Below are positions 39,101-52,838 of a stretch of 64,000 nucleotides of DNA, one piece after another. Both the position numbers and the translations under genes were made by a program. The notes beneath the pieces are model-generated. The model ran no database searches, was not told the origin of the DNA, and was given only the letters and a program-made list of their open reading frames with translations. Where the stretch lies: assembly GCF_031769215.1 (NCBI RefSeq), contig NW_026782116.1:1364001-1428000 (forward strand). The letters run 5' to 3'. The stretch is from Ylistrum balloti. Lineage: Eukaryota. Numbering within the stretch: position 1 is the stretch's first letter; each line of letters opens with the position of its first letter.

Positions 39101-40973
39101 ACACATATTTTTTTTTCTTTTTCAAGATCCAAAATTTTCTTCATATATCTGATTCTTGGTGTAAATATAATTTGATCTATTAATGTTACAATCAACATAC
39201 ACACCAGAGTTATGGAAAAGAAGTAACTGCTATGCACAGTGCTATCTGAACTCTTCATGGTCAAGAGGAATGTCATGGCAATTGCAATATCAATAATACC
39301 AAGGGAGCGAATTTCTTGAAGATGGAGGACATCAGGCTCTACATTTTCCTAAAAGCAAACAAATCAGATGCATTAGGTATAGAAATACTGTATCAAGTTT
39401 CTGTAATCAGTGTTTGAATATTCACAGAAAAGTTTAGTTGGGACAAATAATGGTGTTGAGTTTAGTCTGTCAATCAAACACTTGTCCAAAGATCGCAACT
39501 TTCAGTTTTCATGCGATTCCTATTAAACTTGATACACTTTAATCATTAATCATGACACAAAGTTGTTGTTTAAACAAGTTATTTCCCTTAAAGTTTAATT
39601 TTTTTTTTTCAACATCCAATTTTTTTCTCACAAGATCACCACAAACTTTGAAATTTGACTGGATTTATCCCGATGCGTATTCATGTAGCACTGTTTTCCT
39701 CAGAGGCACTTATATTTGACATTTTCTTGAAGATTATTTCCTTTTTTTCATGTTTTGTCATGCAAAAGGCTGAGAATTTCTTTGTTTTTTGAAAATCTTA
39801 ATTTCTCTCTGATACAATTCTTTTTTATTATGACATAGGAAAGGGCATTTATTTTGTACCAACCAATGGTACTTGTTTTCCATAAATTAATCTGTACATG
39901 TATGTAACTTGTGAGAAAAAAAAACCCACACACACTAACAAAAAAAAAAAAAAAAAAAACATACAAAGATATTTTATGTCTTCATTTATATTTCAACACT
40001 TTAATGTGATGAAGCAGAGGTATGCATTTGAAATGAATTCAAATTTTTATTTAACTTGCATGTTTATGATTATCATTTATTGAAGGACGTAATTTATGCA
40101 ACACACTTTGGATGAAAAGTGAAAAAAAAAACCTCATGGATGTATATTAAATTAAGAAGGTTATTGCAACAAGAACAGATTAACCAGTCAGTAATTCTTG
40201 TTTTTTTCGTAATCAGCACCAACTATACATTAATAGCTAGATTAGCATGTTTGCTTTGTGTCCTGAGCCGTTTAATTCACAGTCAAGTCATTAGTAAGTT
40301 AAACGGTAGCAAATGTGTTTTCTCCAGGTAAGCTAAAATAGTCTAGTGGTAATTTTGTTATTAAACATGTTCATAGAAATAAATAAATATTAAGACTGCT
40401 CTATAAGATTCATTAAATTTGAAAATGAAAAAAAAAGCTTTTGTGTCTGCTGGACAAGGAATGCCTCTTATGTGACGTCGGGAACACTGTTCATGAAAAG
40501 CAAAAATGTTATCAATGGGTACACTTGCATATTTTGGTTGCATTTGTTATGAAATAATGCAAGGGGTTCATGTCTTTTTGATAAATAAAAACAACTGAAG
40601 TACAGCGTTAAGGAAACGAACTTCCGACTTCATATGGAACTCTCAAGGAAAAGCTGTATCTTGTAGTCAGCGAGACCGCAGCACATTGAGATAAACTAGA
40701 TTGTGTAACTAGGTTGAATTAAGTAGGCATGTTAGGTTTACATCTTACCGCAGCGAAAAGTCTGAAGCCTACTTCCGGAAAGAGGAGGAAGAATATCCCC
40801 TCCAAAAACATAACAAGTGACAACCCCTTCACCATGAATTTGGCTCCAAACGGTACGAGAATGAGCATTAATATTACACTAATTGCTGTTGCTACTGCCA
40901 CTGTCGTGTCTGAGGTAAAAATATCGACATGTTCCCTGAACATTGAAACTAGCCAATCTCTTGTCGCTTCCAT
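36154..40973 (-). CDS. Multipass membrane protein with two TP53I11-like repeats (~326 aa)
   Basis: Six phase-0 GT-AG exons: 40973-40749, 39348-39205, 38912-38844, 38046-37846, 36972-36826, 36348-36154. Open frame with many hydrophobic helices. The gene model is firm; the TP53I11 similarity is from memory and weak. Confidence 0.8.
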
Positions 40974-41825
40974 GACTTCAAACACTTTTTTCAAATTCGA
41001 ATTCCCTCCTTTCTTTGTCAACAACGCTATGCTGAGCGATTGTAGCGACCTCTAAATCTAGATCTGTGCCCGAGGACGCTTGACTTCGACGGTGCGGTGG
41101 ATATCCCGCTCATATGCCCGCAAACGTTTGAAAAATGCCAACATTGCAAACGCTACTTACTGCGATGAATATTTGAAACTTGAGGGGGAAATCTCGAAAA
41201 ATAACCTAGCCAAATACTCATTGTAATCAGAAAAAATATTGTAAAAGTTACTCCATGATAGTTAGTGTAGTGATTCGTTTCATCTTGGGTTTGAATCTTG
41301 CACTGAGGTGAATATACGGAAACGCACTGAAACGTGTGTTAGTAATTACATTGATTCTTGGAAATCTTTACGTTGGAAGAAAAAACATGATTAAAAATAT
41401 GATTAATGCATTAATGTATAATTAATTAATTAAGTGAGTGAAACTGGTAAAGTTGCCTCCTTTATATGAACGTACACAACTTTTTTGATTGATGCACTCC
41501 ATGATACATGTTTCTTTATATCAATCTTAAGAATAAATTACGTTTCGGCACAGTATACTTTGTAAGGTTCTAGTGTCATCAAATAAACACTGAAGTTTGG
41601 CTCGAAGAAGAAACGGAGACTTAATGCAGGAAATTTTATCAAAAGTAGGTGTATATCTCGCCACTTGATGGTTTGTGCACGCTTGCTATGCTCATTTATA
41701 GTGTTATCATTGTTCTACTTCGTTTGTCTCACCAGAACACTGGCGTTCGTGGGTGAGACAACGCCTAGACCTTTTAGAACGATTCAAGGAGACGGAAAAC
41801 CTGGGCACGGAGGTCAAGTCTTTGA

Positions 41826-42086
41826 TTTTAATTCTCATAACAAAACTGAAAAAAATCTAAAGTGTTTACCACGTTTTGATAAAGAACGAATGTTGGGGAA
41901 ATTGTTGACCGTTTTAATTCTCATAACAAAACTGAAAAAAATCTAAAGTGTTTACCACGTTTTGATAAAGAACGAATGTTGGGGAAATTGTTGACCGTTT
42001 TAATTCTCATAACAAAACTGAAAAAAATCTAAAGTGTTTACCACGTTTTGATAAAGAACGAATGTTGGGGAAATTGTTGACCGTTT
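41826..42086. repeat. 86-bp tandem repeat x3
   Basis: Unit beginning ttttaattctcataacaaaactg with period 86 (41834/41920/42006). Confidence 0.95.
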
Positions 42087-42662
42087 AAAGTTTTCTTACC
42101 TCACGGTTCTAAAATTAGAACAACTGACAGATTGAGAAATCGACCTTCATCTTGTGTAAACTCGTGTGTGTAGGAGTCAAAGTCTAGCGTCCTCCTAGTA
42201 CATGGTAATACAAGATATACATTTTTAATTCCGGATGGATGCTATGTAGTGCTTTGTGCATTGATTGACCGACTTCTGTCGTTTGTGGCTAGTTTGTACC
42301 TCTCCACCAAGGTTAGTTTATCTACACGTATTTATCCTTCCGACAAGATAATTTTATATACACATGTGTTGTACCATGTATAAATGTGTTCCTATTGATA
42401 ACAACCGTGGTGCTGCACTAATGTACCAGGGCAATCACACAGAGAAACAACGACCATTGTGTCGAAGTAAGTGTCTTTATGACAACCACAAAGCTTTAAG
42501 ATCATTTGAATTATACGTATGTAAACAGTATACGGAACAAGTAAATTCAAGCAAAGATGAATTTTTCAATAGAAATGAATTGACAACGTGAAAAACACAC
42601 AAAATAACATTTTTTTATAATAGAAATACTTCCAGGTGGTACTACAGGGGATTTATTTCACA

Positions 42663-43804
42663 TTTTTAGGTCATCTGACCCGAAGGGTCCGATGACCTAT
42701 AGTCATCATGCTTCGTCCGTCGTCGTCCGCCGTGCGCCGGCCGTGCGCCGTCCGTAAACTTTTCATTCAAACGACTTCTTCTCAAATACTAGAAGGTCTA
42801 GGGGGCTAATACATGGCACAGAGGATACTGGCATGGAGCTCTACCAAGTTTGTTCAAATGAATGACCTTGACCCACTTTAAAGGTCACAGGGGTCAAATA
42901 TGTTAAAATCTTTAAACAACTTCTTCTCAATAACCAAAAGGCTCAGATTGCTGATATTGTGCCTGTGGCATGCTGGGATGAAGGGCTATCAAGTCTGTTT
43001 AAATGAATGACCTTGAACAACTTTCAAGGTCACAGGGGTCAAATATGTCAAAATCTTTAAATAACTTCTTCTCAAATACTAGAAGGCCTAGGGGGCTAAT
43101 ACTTGGCCCATAGCATGCTGGCATGGAGCCCTACAAAGTTTGTTCAAATGAATGACCTTGGCCCACTTTCAAGGTCACAGGGGTCAAATATGTTAAAATA
43201 TACAAAGGACTTCATCTCAATAAGCAAAAGTCTATGAGTGCCGATATTGGGTCTGTAGCATGCTGGGAGGAAAGGCTACCAAGTTTATTTAAATGAATGA
43301 CCTTGAACAACTTTCAAGGTCGCAGGGGTCAAATATGTCAAAATCTTTAAATAACTTCTTCTCAAATACTAGAAGGCCTAGGGGGCTAATACTTAGCCCA
43401 TAGCATGCTGGCATGGAGCCCTACAAAGTTTGTTCAAATGAATGACCTTGGCCCACTTTCAAGGTCACAGGGGTCAAATATGTTAAAATATACAAAGGAC
43501 TTCATCTCAATAAGCAAAAGTCTATGAGTGCCGATATTGGGTCTGTAGCATGCTGGGAGGAAAGGCTACCAAGTTTATTCAAATGAATGACCTCAACCCA
43601 CTTTCAAGGTCACAGGGGTCAAATATGTTAAAATATACAAACGACTTCTTCTCAACAAGCAAAAGTCCATGAGTGCTGATATTGGGCCTGTAAGATGCTT
43701 GGAGGAGAGGCTACCAAGTTTGTTCAAATGAATGACCTCAACCCACTTTCTAGGTTTGGCTTGCTTTTTGTCAGATGACCGTTAAGGCCCATGGGCCTCT
43801 TGTT
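42663..43804 (+). mobile_element. Non-autonomous Helentron/HINE-type element with internal 145-bp tandem repeats
   Basis: Subterminal inverted repeat ggtcatctgac (42669) / gtcagatgacc (43770). 5' hairpin, gtcc-type microsatellite, 3' palindrome aggcccatgggcct and T-rich ends. About seven internal units at period 145. Confidence 0.85.
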
Positions 43805-44469
43805 GTAATGTATATATACTGTGCTACTGAAATAGTTTGATATTGAAAGATAACCATACTTGTTTAAATATACAGTATATAACATGGGATGTAAACATTG
43901 TGCATTTCTGCAGGTATTTGATAATTAAAGAATTACTGATAGAAATGTTTATAGATATATTCCACTTATCGTAGTGAAGAACTATATAATATTGATCTGG
44001 CGCATGACTAATATATAGCATATGAAAATTAATTGGATTTACTGCTGGGAAGATATATAAAGAAATACAAATTAAAAGTAAACAAGAGTGTTCTTGGAAT
44101 GAATTGTTTTCTTATTCTATGAGGATAATGTTCTTCTTCGATGGAATGCAGAATCTTTTTCTCTCGAAAACGATGAGAAGGAGGTTAGAGTGCGGAAAAA
44201 GTAAATGTTAATTTTGTGAGCTGTAACCGTGAATGCAATGACAAATAAAGATCTATATTAAAAGGAGGCAGAGCGCCAGAGTTACACATGAAAGTCTCTC
44301 AGATGTATGCGTTTATTTGCGATATTGTTGATGTAATTAAAAACAAATGTATGATCAACAACCGAAAATGAAGTAAAGAAAAAAAATCTGACAAAAATAT
44401 TTACTTTATTGATGTTTTCACAACATTCGACAAAGTATATTACACACGTGAAAACGTGATAGTTTCAGC

Positions 44470-47400
44470 ATGGAAAGTATACAATTTGGACAAGTCATCA
44501 GAGAGAAAGAATTCTGCATGAGAAAAGGTGCGACTTTCCTTAATCATGGTTCATATGGAATGGTGCCTCGACGCGTCAAGGAACTCCAGAAAAAGTAATT
44601 ACTATTCGTTGGAAATGAGTTGTCTAATCTTTGTTAGTTATAAGCTCCTGTTGTTTTGATAATTAACATAAAATGACGAACTGTTTTAAAGTTTTTCATT
44701 GTGCCTAGGCTCTGCAGGCCAGGAGGAGGTGGAGGGTTGGTGGGTGGGGGATATGAACTGTGCTTATTGTCCCCATTGCGTTAAATAATCTTTTATATAT
44801 AAATGTTGTTATTGTTCTCAATATCTCGTTTTAAGAATTAGCTCACATTTAGAACAATATAGAATTATAATCAACACATAGTAGATATAAGTACGTGTAA
44901 ACAGGAGACAACTGACAGGATCGAAGAATAACAGAATTATAATCAATATATAGTAGATAGACGTACGTGTGAACAGGAGACAACTGACAGGATCGAAGAA
45001 CAACATAGAATTATAATCAATATATAGTAGATAGACGTACGTGTGAACAGGAGACAACTGACAGGATCGAAGAATAACAGAATTATAATCAATATATAGT
45101 AGATAGACGTACGTGTGAACAGGAGACAACTGACAGGATCGAAGAATAACAGAATTATAATCAATATATAGTAGATAGACGTACGTGTGAACAGGAGACA
45201 ACTGACAGGATCGAAGAATAACAGAATTATAATCAATATATAGTAGATAGACGTACGTGTGAACAGGAGACAACTGACAGGATCGAAGAATAACAGAATT
45301 ATAATCAATATATAGTAGATAGACGTACGTGTGAACAGGAGACAACTGACAGGATCGAAGAATAACAGAATTATAATCAATATATAGTAGATAGACGTAC
45401 GTGTGAACAGGAGACAACTGACAGGATCGAAGAATAACAGAATTATAATCAATATATAGTAGATAGACGTACGTGTGAACAGGAGACAACTGACAGGATC
45501 GAAGAATAACAGAATTATAATCAATATATAGTAGATAGACGTACGTGTGAACAGGAGACAACTGACAGGATCGAAGAACAACATAGAATTATAATCAATA
45601 TATAGTAGATAGACGTACGTGTGAACAGGAGACAACTGACAGGATCGAAGAATAACAGAATTATAATCAATATATAGTAGATAGACGTACGTGTGAACAG
45701 GAGACAACTGACAGGATCGAAGAACAACATAGAATTATAATCAATATATAGTAGATAGACGTACGTGTGAACAGGAGACAACTGACAGGATCGAAGAATA
45801 ACAGAATTATAATCAATATATAGTAGATAGACGTACGTGTGAACAGGAGACAACTGACAGGATAGAAGAATAACAGAATTATAATCAATATATAGTAGAT
45901 AGACGTATGTGTGAACAGGAGACAACTGACAGGATCGAAGAATAACAGAATTATAATCAATATATAGTAGATAGACGTACGTGTGAACAGGAGACAACTG
46001 ACAGGATCGAAGAATAACAGAATTATAATCAGTATATAGTAGATAGACGTACGTGTGAACAGGAGACAACTGACAGGATCGAAGAATAACAGAATTATAA
46101 TCAATATATAGTAGATAGACGTACGTGTGAACAGGAGACAACTGACAGGATCGAAGAACAACATAGAATTATAATCAATATATAGTAGATAGACGTACGT
46201 GTGAACAGGAGACAAGTGACAGGATCGAAGAACAACATAGAATTATAATCAATATATAGTAGATAGACGTACGTGTGAACAGGAGACAAGTGACAGGATC
46301 GAAGAACAACATAGAATTATAATCAATATATAGTAGATAGACGTATGTGTGAACAGGAGACAACTGACAGGATCGAAGAATAACAGAATTATAATCAATA
46401 TATAGTAGATAGACGTACGTGTGAACAGGAGACAAGTGACAGGATCGAAGAACAACATAGAATTATAATCAATATATAGTAGATAGACGTATGAACAGGA
46501 GACAATATCGAAGAATAACAGAATTATAATCAATATATAGTAGATAGACGTACGTGTGAACAGGAGGCAACTGACAGGATCGAAGAATAACAGAATTATA
46601 ATCAATATATAGTAGATAGACGTACGTGTGAACAGGAGACAACTGACAGGATCGAAGAACAACATAGAATTATAATCAATATATAGTAGATAGACGTACG
46701 TGTGAACAGGAGACAACTGACAGGATCGAAGAACAACATAGAATTATAATCAATATATAGTAGATAGACGTACGTGTGAACAGGAGACAACTGACAGGAT
46801 CGAAGAACAACATAGAATTATAATCAATATATAGTAGATAGACGTACGTGTGAACAGGAGACAACTGACAGGATCGAAGAACAACATAGAATTATAATCA
46901 ATATATAGTAGATAGACGTACGTGTGAACAGGAGACAACTGACAGGATCGAAGAATAACAGAATTATAATCAATATATAGTAGATAGACGTACGTGTGAA
47001 CAGGAGACAACTGACAGGATCGAAGAATAACAGAATTATAATCAATATATAGTAGATAGACGTACGTGTGAACAGGAGACAACTGACAGGATCGAAGAAT
47101 AACATAGAATTATAATCAATATATAGTAGATAGACGTACGTGTGAACAGGAGACAACTGACAGGATCGAAGAATAACATAGCATTATAATCAATATATAG
47201 TAGATAGACGTACGTGTAAACAGGAGACAACTGACAGGATCGAAGAACAACATAGAATTATAATCAATATATAGTAGATAGACGTACGTGTGAACAGGAG
47301 ACAACTGACAGGATCGAAGAACAACATAGAATTATAATCAATATATAGTAGATAGACGTACGTGTGAACAGGAGACAACTGACAGGATCGAAGAATAACA

Positions 47401-48871
47401 GAATTATAATCAATATATAGTAGATAGACGTACGTGTGAACAGGAGACAACTGACAGGATCGAAGAATAACAGAATTATAATCAATATATAGTAGATAGA
47501 CGTACGTGTGAACAGGAGACAACTGACAGGATCGAAGAATAACAGAATTATAATCAATATATAGTAGATAGACGTACGTGTGAACAGGAGACAACTGACA
47601 GGATCGAAGAATAACATAGAATTACAATTAAAATGGACAAAATATACATTGACTATGCGTCATGCAGTATAAGACGTGGGAACGAAATAAGATATCATAT
47701 AACAATGACAAAAGATTCACTATATTCGAACAGACTAGTTGTCATTCACAACACGGAATAGCCTCAGTGAGCTTAGAAAATATAAGTGTGTTTCAGGTAT
47801 TTGTACGTGACAGACGAACATCCAGATGACTGGTTCCAGAGAAAGAGCAAGGGGCTGTGGATGGCGGCGAGGGACTTGGCTGCATCACTCGTCAACTCAG
47901 ACGTTGACGACATTGTGCTGGTCCAAAATGCAACTACGGGTACATCTATAAAAAGAAAATAAATTATTCAAGTGATTCCTCACATGTATAATGAAATATT
48001 AGCCAATGGAGGCGTCTTATACAAAGATGTTAAGAGTTAATCTAAATGTTATGTATCGCTTGGATTTCTAAACTGAACAAAAATTCTCAGCTGAAATGTT
48101 TGTCCCCTGAAGAACAGTATAAGAGGACTGGAAATATATAATTGGCGAAACAATCTTTTAGTTTTGTAATGATATGTTGATGATTTAAAAGAATACACAT
48201 TTTCTTCCCTCTACAAGGTATCAACACAGTATTAAAGGCACTCAAGCTGAAGGAAACTGAGGCAATTCTGGTCACAAGCAACACATATGCAGCAATAAGA
48301 AATACAGCCCACCATATTTCCACGGGCGGTTGTGGTATAGCCATTTATGTATTGATAGAGTCAATATTGCTAGACATTGATCCTGATTCGATCTAGACAT
48401 AATATAAAGGTTTGAGCGATCAGTCAGCAACACAGGTGCCGGATTATGTAATGTAAAAAATTGGTAAAAAAATCTTGAATCATAAAGAGAATGAGTTAGG
48501 ATTTCATGATATCTGTACTGTATCGATCCCTGACTGATATATGATATATTCCTCTCAAACATCAATTATCATTTTTAGATGAAGGATGTAAATAAGTGCT
48601 AAAAACAAACACATATGTTATACTTTGTCTACATGTACCTAAAGTTGTTTATAAACACAATGACGTTGTTGACCTCGGATAACATTCCCCTGTAGGAGGA
48701 CAATTACTTGTGATGGATATCTGCTTCCCTATCCAATCAGAAGACGAAATTGTACAACAATACAACACTTTCCTCAGCCAGCACCCAAATATTAAAATTG
48801 CTGTAGTTGGTAAGTTACTTTATGGTTAATATGCCTAAACTACCCCCTCAATCCTCCTCCTCCTCCTCCTC

Positions 48872-48914
<43 letters not shown>

Positions 48915-51900
48915 AAATATGTAGTTAGTGTATTTGTTGCCATATGGCTATTGCGTTGTCTAACTATATTTTGTTATATATTGGGGCAGGGTGTCTCATA
49001 AGTTGTTATAACTTGTACCTAATCCTGTTGTAATAATTTTTGCAAAAAATATGTTTAATTTAAAAAAATTAACAAATACAAGCATATATTAGTTACTGGC
49101 AAATGCAATAATAACATTTTATTTTATTCATTGCCGATGTGTACTTTTGTAAAAAAAAAAACCCAACTGTACTATTAATATTTATGTTTGTTTCACAGAT
49201 CATATCACAAGCATTACTGCACTACACCTTCCTATTAAGAGGATCATTGAAGCATGTCGGGACCATAACGTTCTGACCATGATTGACGGTGCACATGCAC
49301 CGGGACAGGTTCCCATTGACATGAAGGATATTGATCCAGATTTTTATACAGGTAAAACGTTTTAGAGTTCCACATCTTCAATTTTATTTTAAAAAAAAAA
49401 CTATGGTGTAGGACACCTTTCCTAAGAAGTAGCACTCCAAAATGCCCTGCTTAAGTAAATATATAAATAAAAAAAAATATCGAGTCAAATCTACCTGTTG
49501 TCCTTCTGTAGACTCATCCGTACCAATTACATTTGTATATGAATATTGTGGCATAGTTTATCTTTCATTTATTTTTATTGACTTATATATAAACATCTAT
49601 AACAACTGTATTTATATAAAGGTAGTCTCGCTATATATTGTACTTGGACGACTAATCAAGATTTTCTTCGGTCATCACCTCCGTTGTAACTATTTGGACC
49701 TTTAGTATCAATGACGGGTTATGGAAAGACGATGCAGTTTAAGTCATTATTTCGCTATTCTGTAACTAATATTAAATTTGTGCTGAAAGGTGCTATTTAA
49801 TTGTTTGACTTTTTATGATCTAAGAAGACTTTTACGGCAACTTCTATATTCTCCTGCATGATAAAGTTTGTAAACTTTGTACGTGTAACAGCTATTCATA
49901 TTTGTTTATCAATAGGAAATTTCCACAAATGGCTTTACACACCCCGTGGATGCGCTTTACTGTATATTAAGAAGGACCACCAGACATGGGTGTCTCCATT
50001 AGTTACATCAACCAATTATAGCAAAAGTCTGGATCTACAGTTCTTCATGCAAGGAACACGTGATGACTGCCCATATTTCTGTTTACCAGAAGCTTTGAAA
50101 TTCTACAACGACATCGGTGGAATGGTATATAATTTAATTCTATACAAAAAGAGCATGTTTTTGAATGAAAACTGAAAAAATGTTAATCCATAACGCGAGT
50201 TGGATTCTATTTTTTTTTATTAGTTTTTCTCGTTTTGCCACAAGTTTGAATAGAATAAATCACAGAAATCACAAGAAGAATGCTACATTTCTATACCAAT
50301 TTTATATTCAAGGTATCTGTTTCTTAATTCTTAAATGTTTTGAGTGGGGTTTGTCTCGCTACACTAACCTTTACCTGATAAGAATTGACATTTTGTCAAC
50401 TTCCGTAAATTTCAACATGACTAGCTGCAGTGCGTTTTTAACGCTGTCGGTTTTACTTTTGATTCATGACCTTTCTGAATTTTCTTCTTTCTCAGGATGC
50501 GATCACACGTTACTGCTCCCAGTTACTGGACCAGGCTGCAAGTAAGATGGTGGCGGAATGGGGAACAGCTAAACTTCCGGTCCCCCGAAAGATGGAGTCC
50601 CCATATATGAGAATGGTCAAACTACCGAAGTTGACCGGATACATCCCGTCTACAGTAATTTACTGCAGTTTAAGATGTCTCTAACAAATACTAAACCATA
50701 TTACAACATAGATGTTTAGGTTCTTCTGGGATTCTAGGGACCAAATCTTTGGAAATATAAAAGACAATAAAATAAAAATTGGTTCATAATCAATACATAA
50801 AAGTAGAAAATGATGTACAATAATTTTCACTTATATTTTGATCATAGATCGCTGAAATAAAAATACCGCAAATTGTACTTCAAATCAATACACCGACAAT
50901 ATTAATTCTAGTTTCTGAAAAAGTGCGATTCCGACATTTCATTTTTATGATATTGATAATTCAGTCAAATCTGCGGTCAAACTTTTCATTTTAGATACTT
51001 CATTAATATGTTTTGGTCTTCATTATCTAAGTGACAGCCGATATCTTTATATCAATTTCCTTCTGGTAGCAATGGTTACTTTTCATTAATGTGATCCCAC
51101 TCGGAAACTTGATAAAGGGACAAAGTTTGATATACGTAAATAGAGGAAACTGACTGTAATATGTTTCACAAGAAAAAAAAATTGGGCTAGCCTCATCCGT
51201 AAAAACTTAGACTCTAGTATTGTTCACTCATGTCTCCATCAGATAATCCAGCCATGGCCATGCATTTATATAAAAAGTAGATAATTAATTATAAATTTTT
51301 GTCAACAGTAGATATCCATTAGGTATCCAAACTTCGTTGTTCTCAGCAGATATTAGTAATAACCTAACCACTTCAGTTGTCAGTTGATGATACAAGTGCA
51401 ATCCAATCACATCAGACCTCTTGGTACCGAGTTGTAGGTCCGATCAATTAAACAACGTCACTTCTTCACCACCAGAACATGGTTTACATATGGATACACA
51501 AGTACTTAATTATCACACCAACATCTACCTAAACCGATGGATTTCCACTGGATTTGATATGGGGAGAACATGGTGCAATCTTCTATCAATTTCATACATT
51601 TGGAAATTTGCGAAAATGATTTACGGGGTTAGTGGACTCCTTCCCTCCTTATTTAACCATTTGTTTAGTCCATTTAGAATCTCCTAGAAAGACCCTAGTG
51701 TTATTGATGAGTTCTCGTCCGAATCAAAGAACAAAACAACTACATGTTGTAGTTTAGTTCATGATCAGAACCATACTATAAGTAATGAATTAAAATTGAA
51801 TTGTTATTCATTTATGTATTTTGGGAACAAAAGAAAGAGAAAAAAGACCTGTCATTTTATGAGAACACAATCGATTCGTGTTTTCCAATCAATCCCAGAT

Positions 51901-52093
51901 ATAAACTTAGTTCGCATGACATTTCCAGAGTGAATCGGTTAGACTGATGTCTGAAATATACAGCCGATGGAACATACAGACGGCAACACTGTACGTTGAT
52001 TGCAATCTGTACGTGCGACTCTCTGCCAATGTCTACAATACGGCAGCTGACTACGACAAACTTCTGGAGGCCATTACACAGATGCGAGAGTAA
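44470..52093 (+). CDS. PLP-dependent class V aminotransferase-fold lyase A (Egt2/L-cysteine desulfhydrase/CefD-like), 394 aa
   Basis: Exons 44470-44594, 47797-47939, 48218-48334, 48696-48809, 49199-49351, 49916-50124, 50496-50654, 51929-52093. Phases are consistent. Motifs FLNHGSYG, QNATTG, DHITS, DGAHAPGQ and YTGNFHKW (PLP lysine). Confidence 0.92.
44860..47625. repeat. 72/74-bp intronic satellite, ~38 units
   Basis: Unit agaattataatcaatatatagtagatagacgtacgtgtgaacaggagacaactgacaggatcgaagaataac (72 bp) with an aacaacat variant (74 bp). Lies within intron 1 of lyase A. Confidence 0.97.
48852..48911. repeat. Compound (TCC)n/(CT)n microsatellite
   Basis: Read directly; lies in intron 4 of lyase A. 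Confidence 0.95.
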
Positions 52094-52249
52094 GATTGAC
52101 ACCCCAACTTTTGTAAATATTTCCAATGATAATGAGAGATACCGACAATCCTGGATTAGAAGCCAGTTTTAGAATCTTCATACAAAATGCTGATTTTTTA
52201 GGGGCTAGTGCAATACCCCGTACTCTAGGTGTTCACATTTTAGACTCCA

Positions 52250-52293
52250 GCACCACTGACTAGTCCTAGCTGAACGAAACTGCTGTATGATGC
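52250..52293 (+). ncRNA. Degenerate hammerhead element copy (family 1)
   Basis: gcaccactgactagtcctagctgaacgaaactgctgtatgatgc. The core reads CUGACUA instead of CUGACGA. Confidence 0.65.
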
Positions 52294-52838
52294 AGTTAAA
52301 TTTTGCTTTACTGTAATTCAATCTGATTTTGTATTGAAAGATGTAATCAAGATGCTTATAGCAGAACTTAAAAACAAAAAAAAAAAAATTTCGTTGATTA
52401 GGATTCCCAGATAGCATCAAAATACAAAAATTAAATGTTTGACGTTAATTCCAATAAAGATGTAAATATATTTTATTTCAACGAAATTTTGTTTCTTGAC
52501 ACCAGAGGTTTTCACCTAAGACATAGACATTTATAATGAAACAATCACAAGGTGTACACTTTTCTGATCGTTATGTTGCTTTGCATTCTTATGTAGTATT
52601 GTAAACAGTAAACAAATGATGACAAAATAGTACTCCCATGTGATCGCTCATATTAGACAAAACTTTATGTATATTGGTGTTCTAATAAAGGCAATGTTGT
52701 TTGTAAATTTTACCAACACATTTATTTTGAATTAATTGAATACTAATATAAGATTCGAGTTAAGAAATACCACCGCAGTATAAATTCCACGTGTATTGTC
52801 TGTACTTGATGTTAATAACTTTGGCATAATTTTTTTAG

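Noticed and set aside
44818-47617. Many long minus-strand ORFs with repeating LSPVHTYVYLLYIDYNSVILRSCQ-type peptides
   Set aside because: They are translations of the 72/74-bp satellite. Frames shift at every 74-bp variant, and the array lies in an intron of a plus-strand gene.
51480-51740. Possible PLE remnant (TNIY.KPMDFH-like) followed by a very decayed hammerhead
   Set aside because: Too degenerate to support as a feature by eye; mentioned only as a candidate family member.
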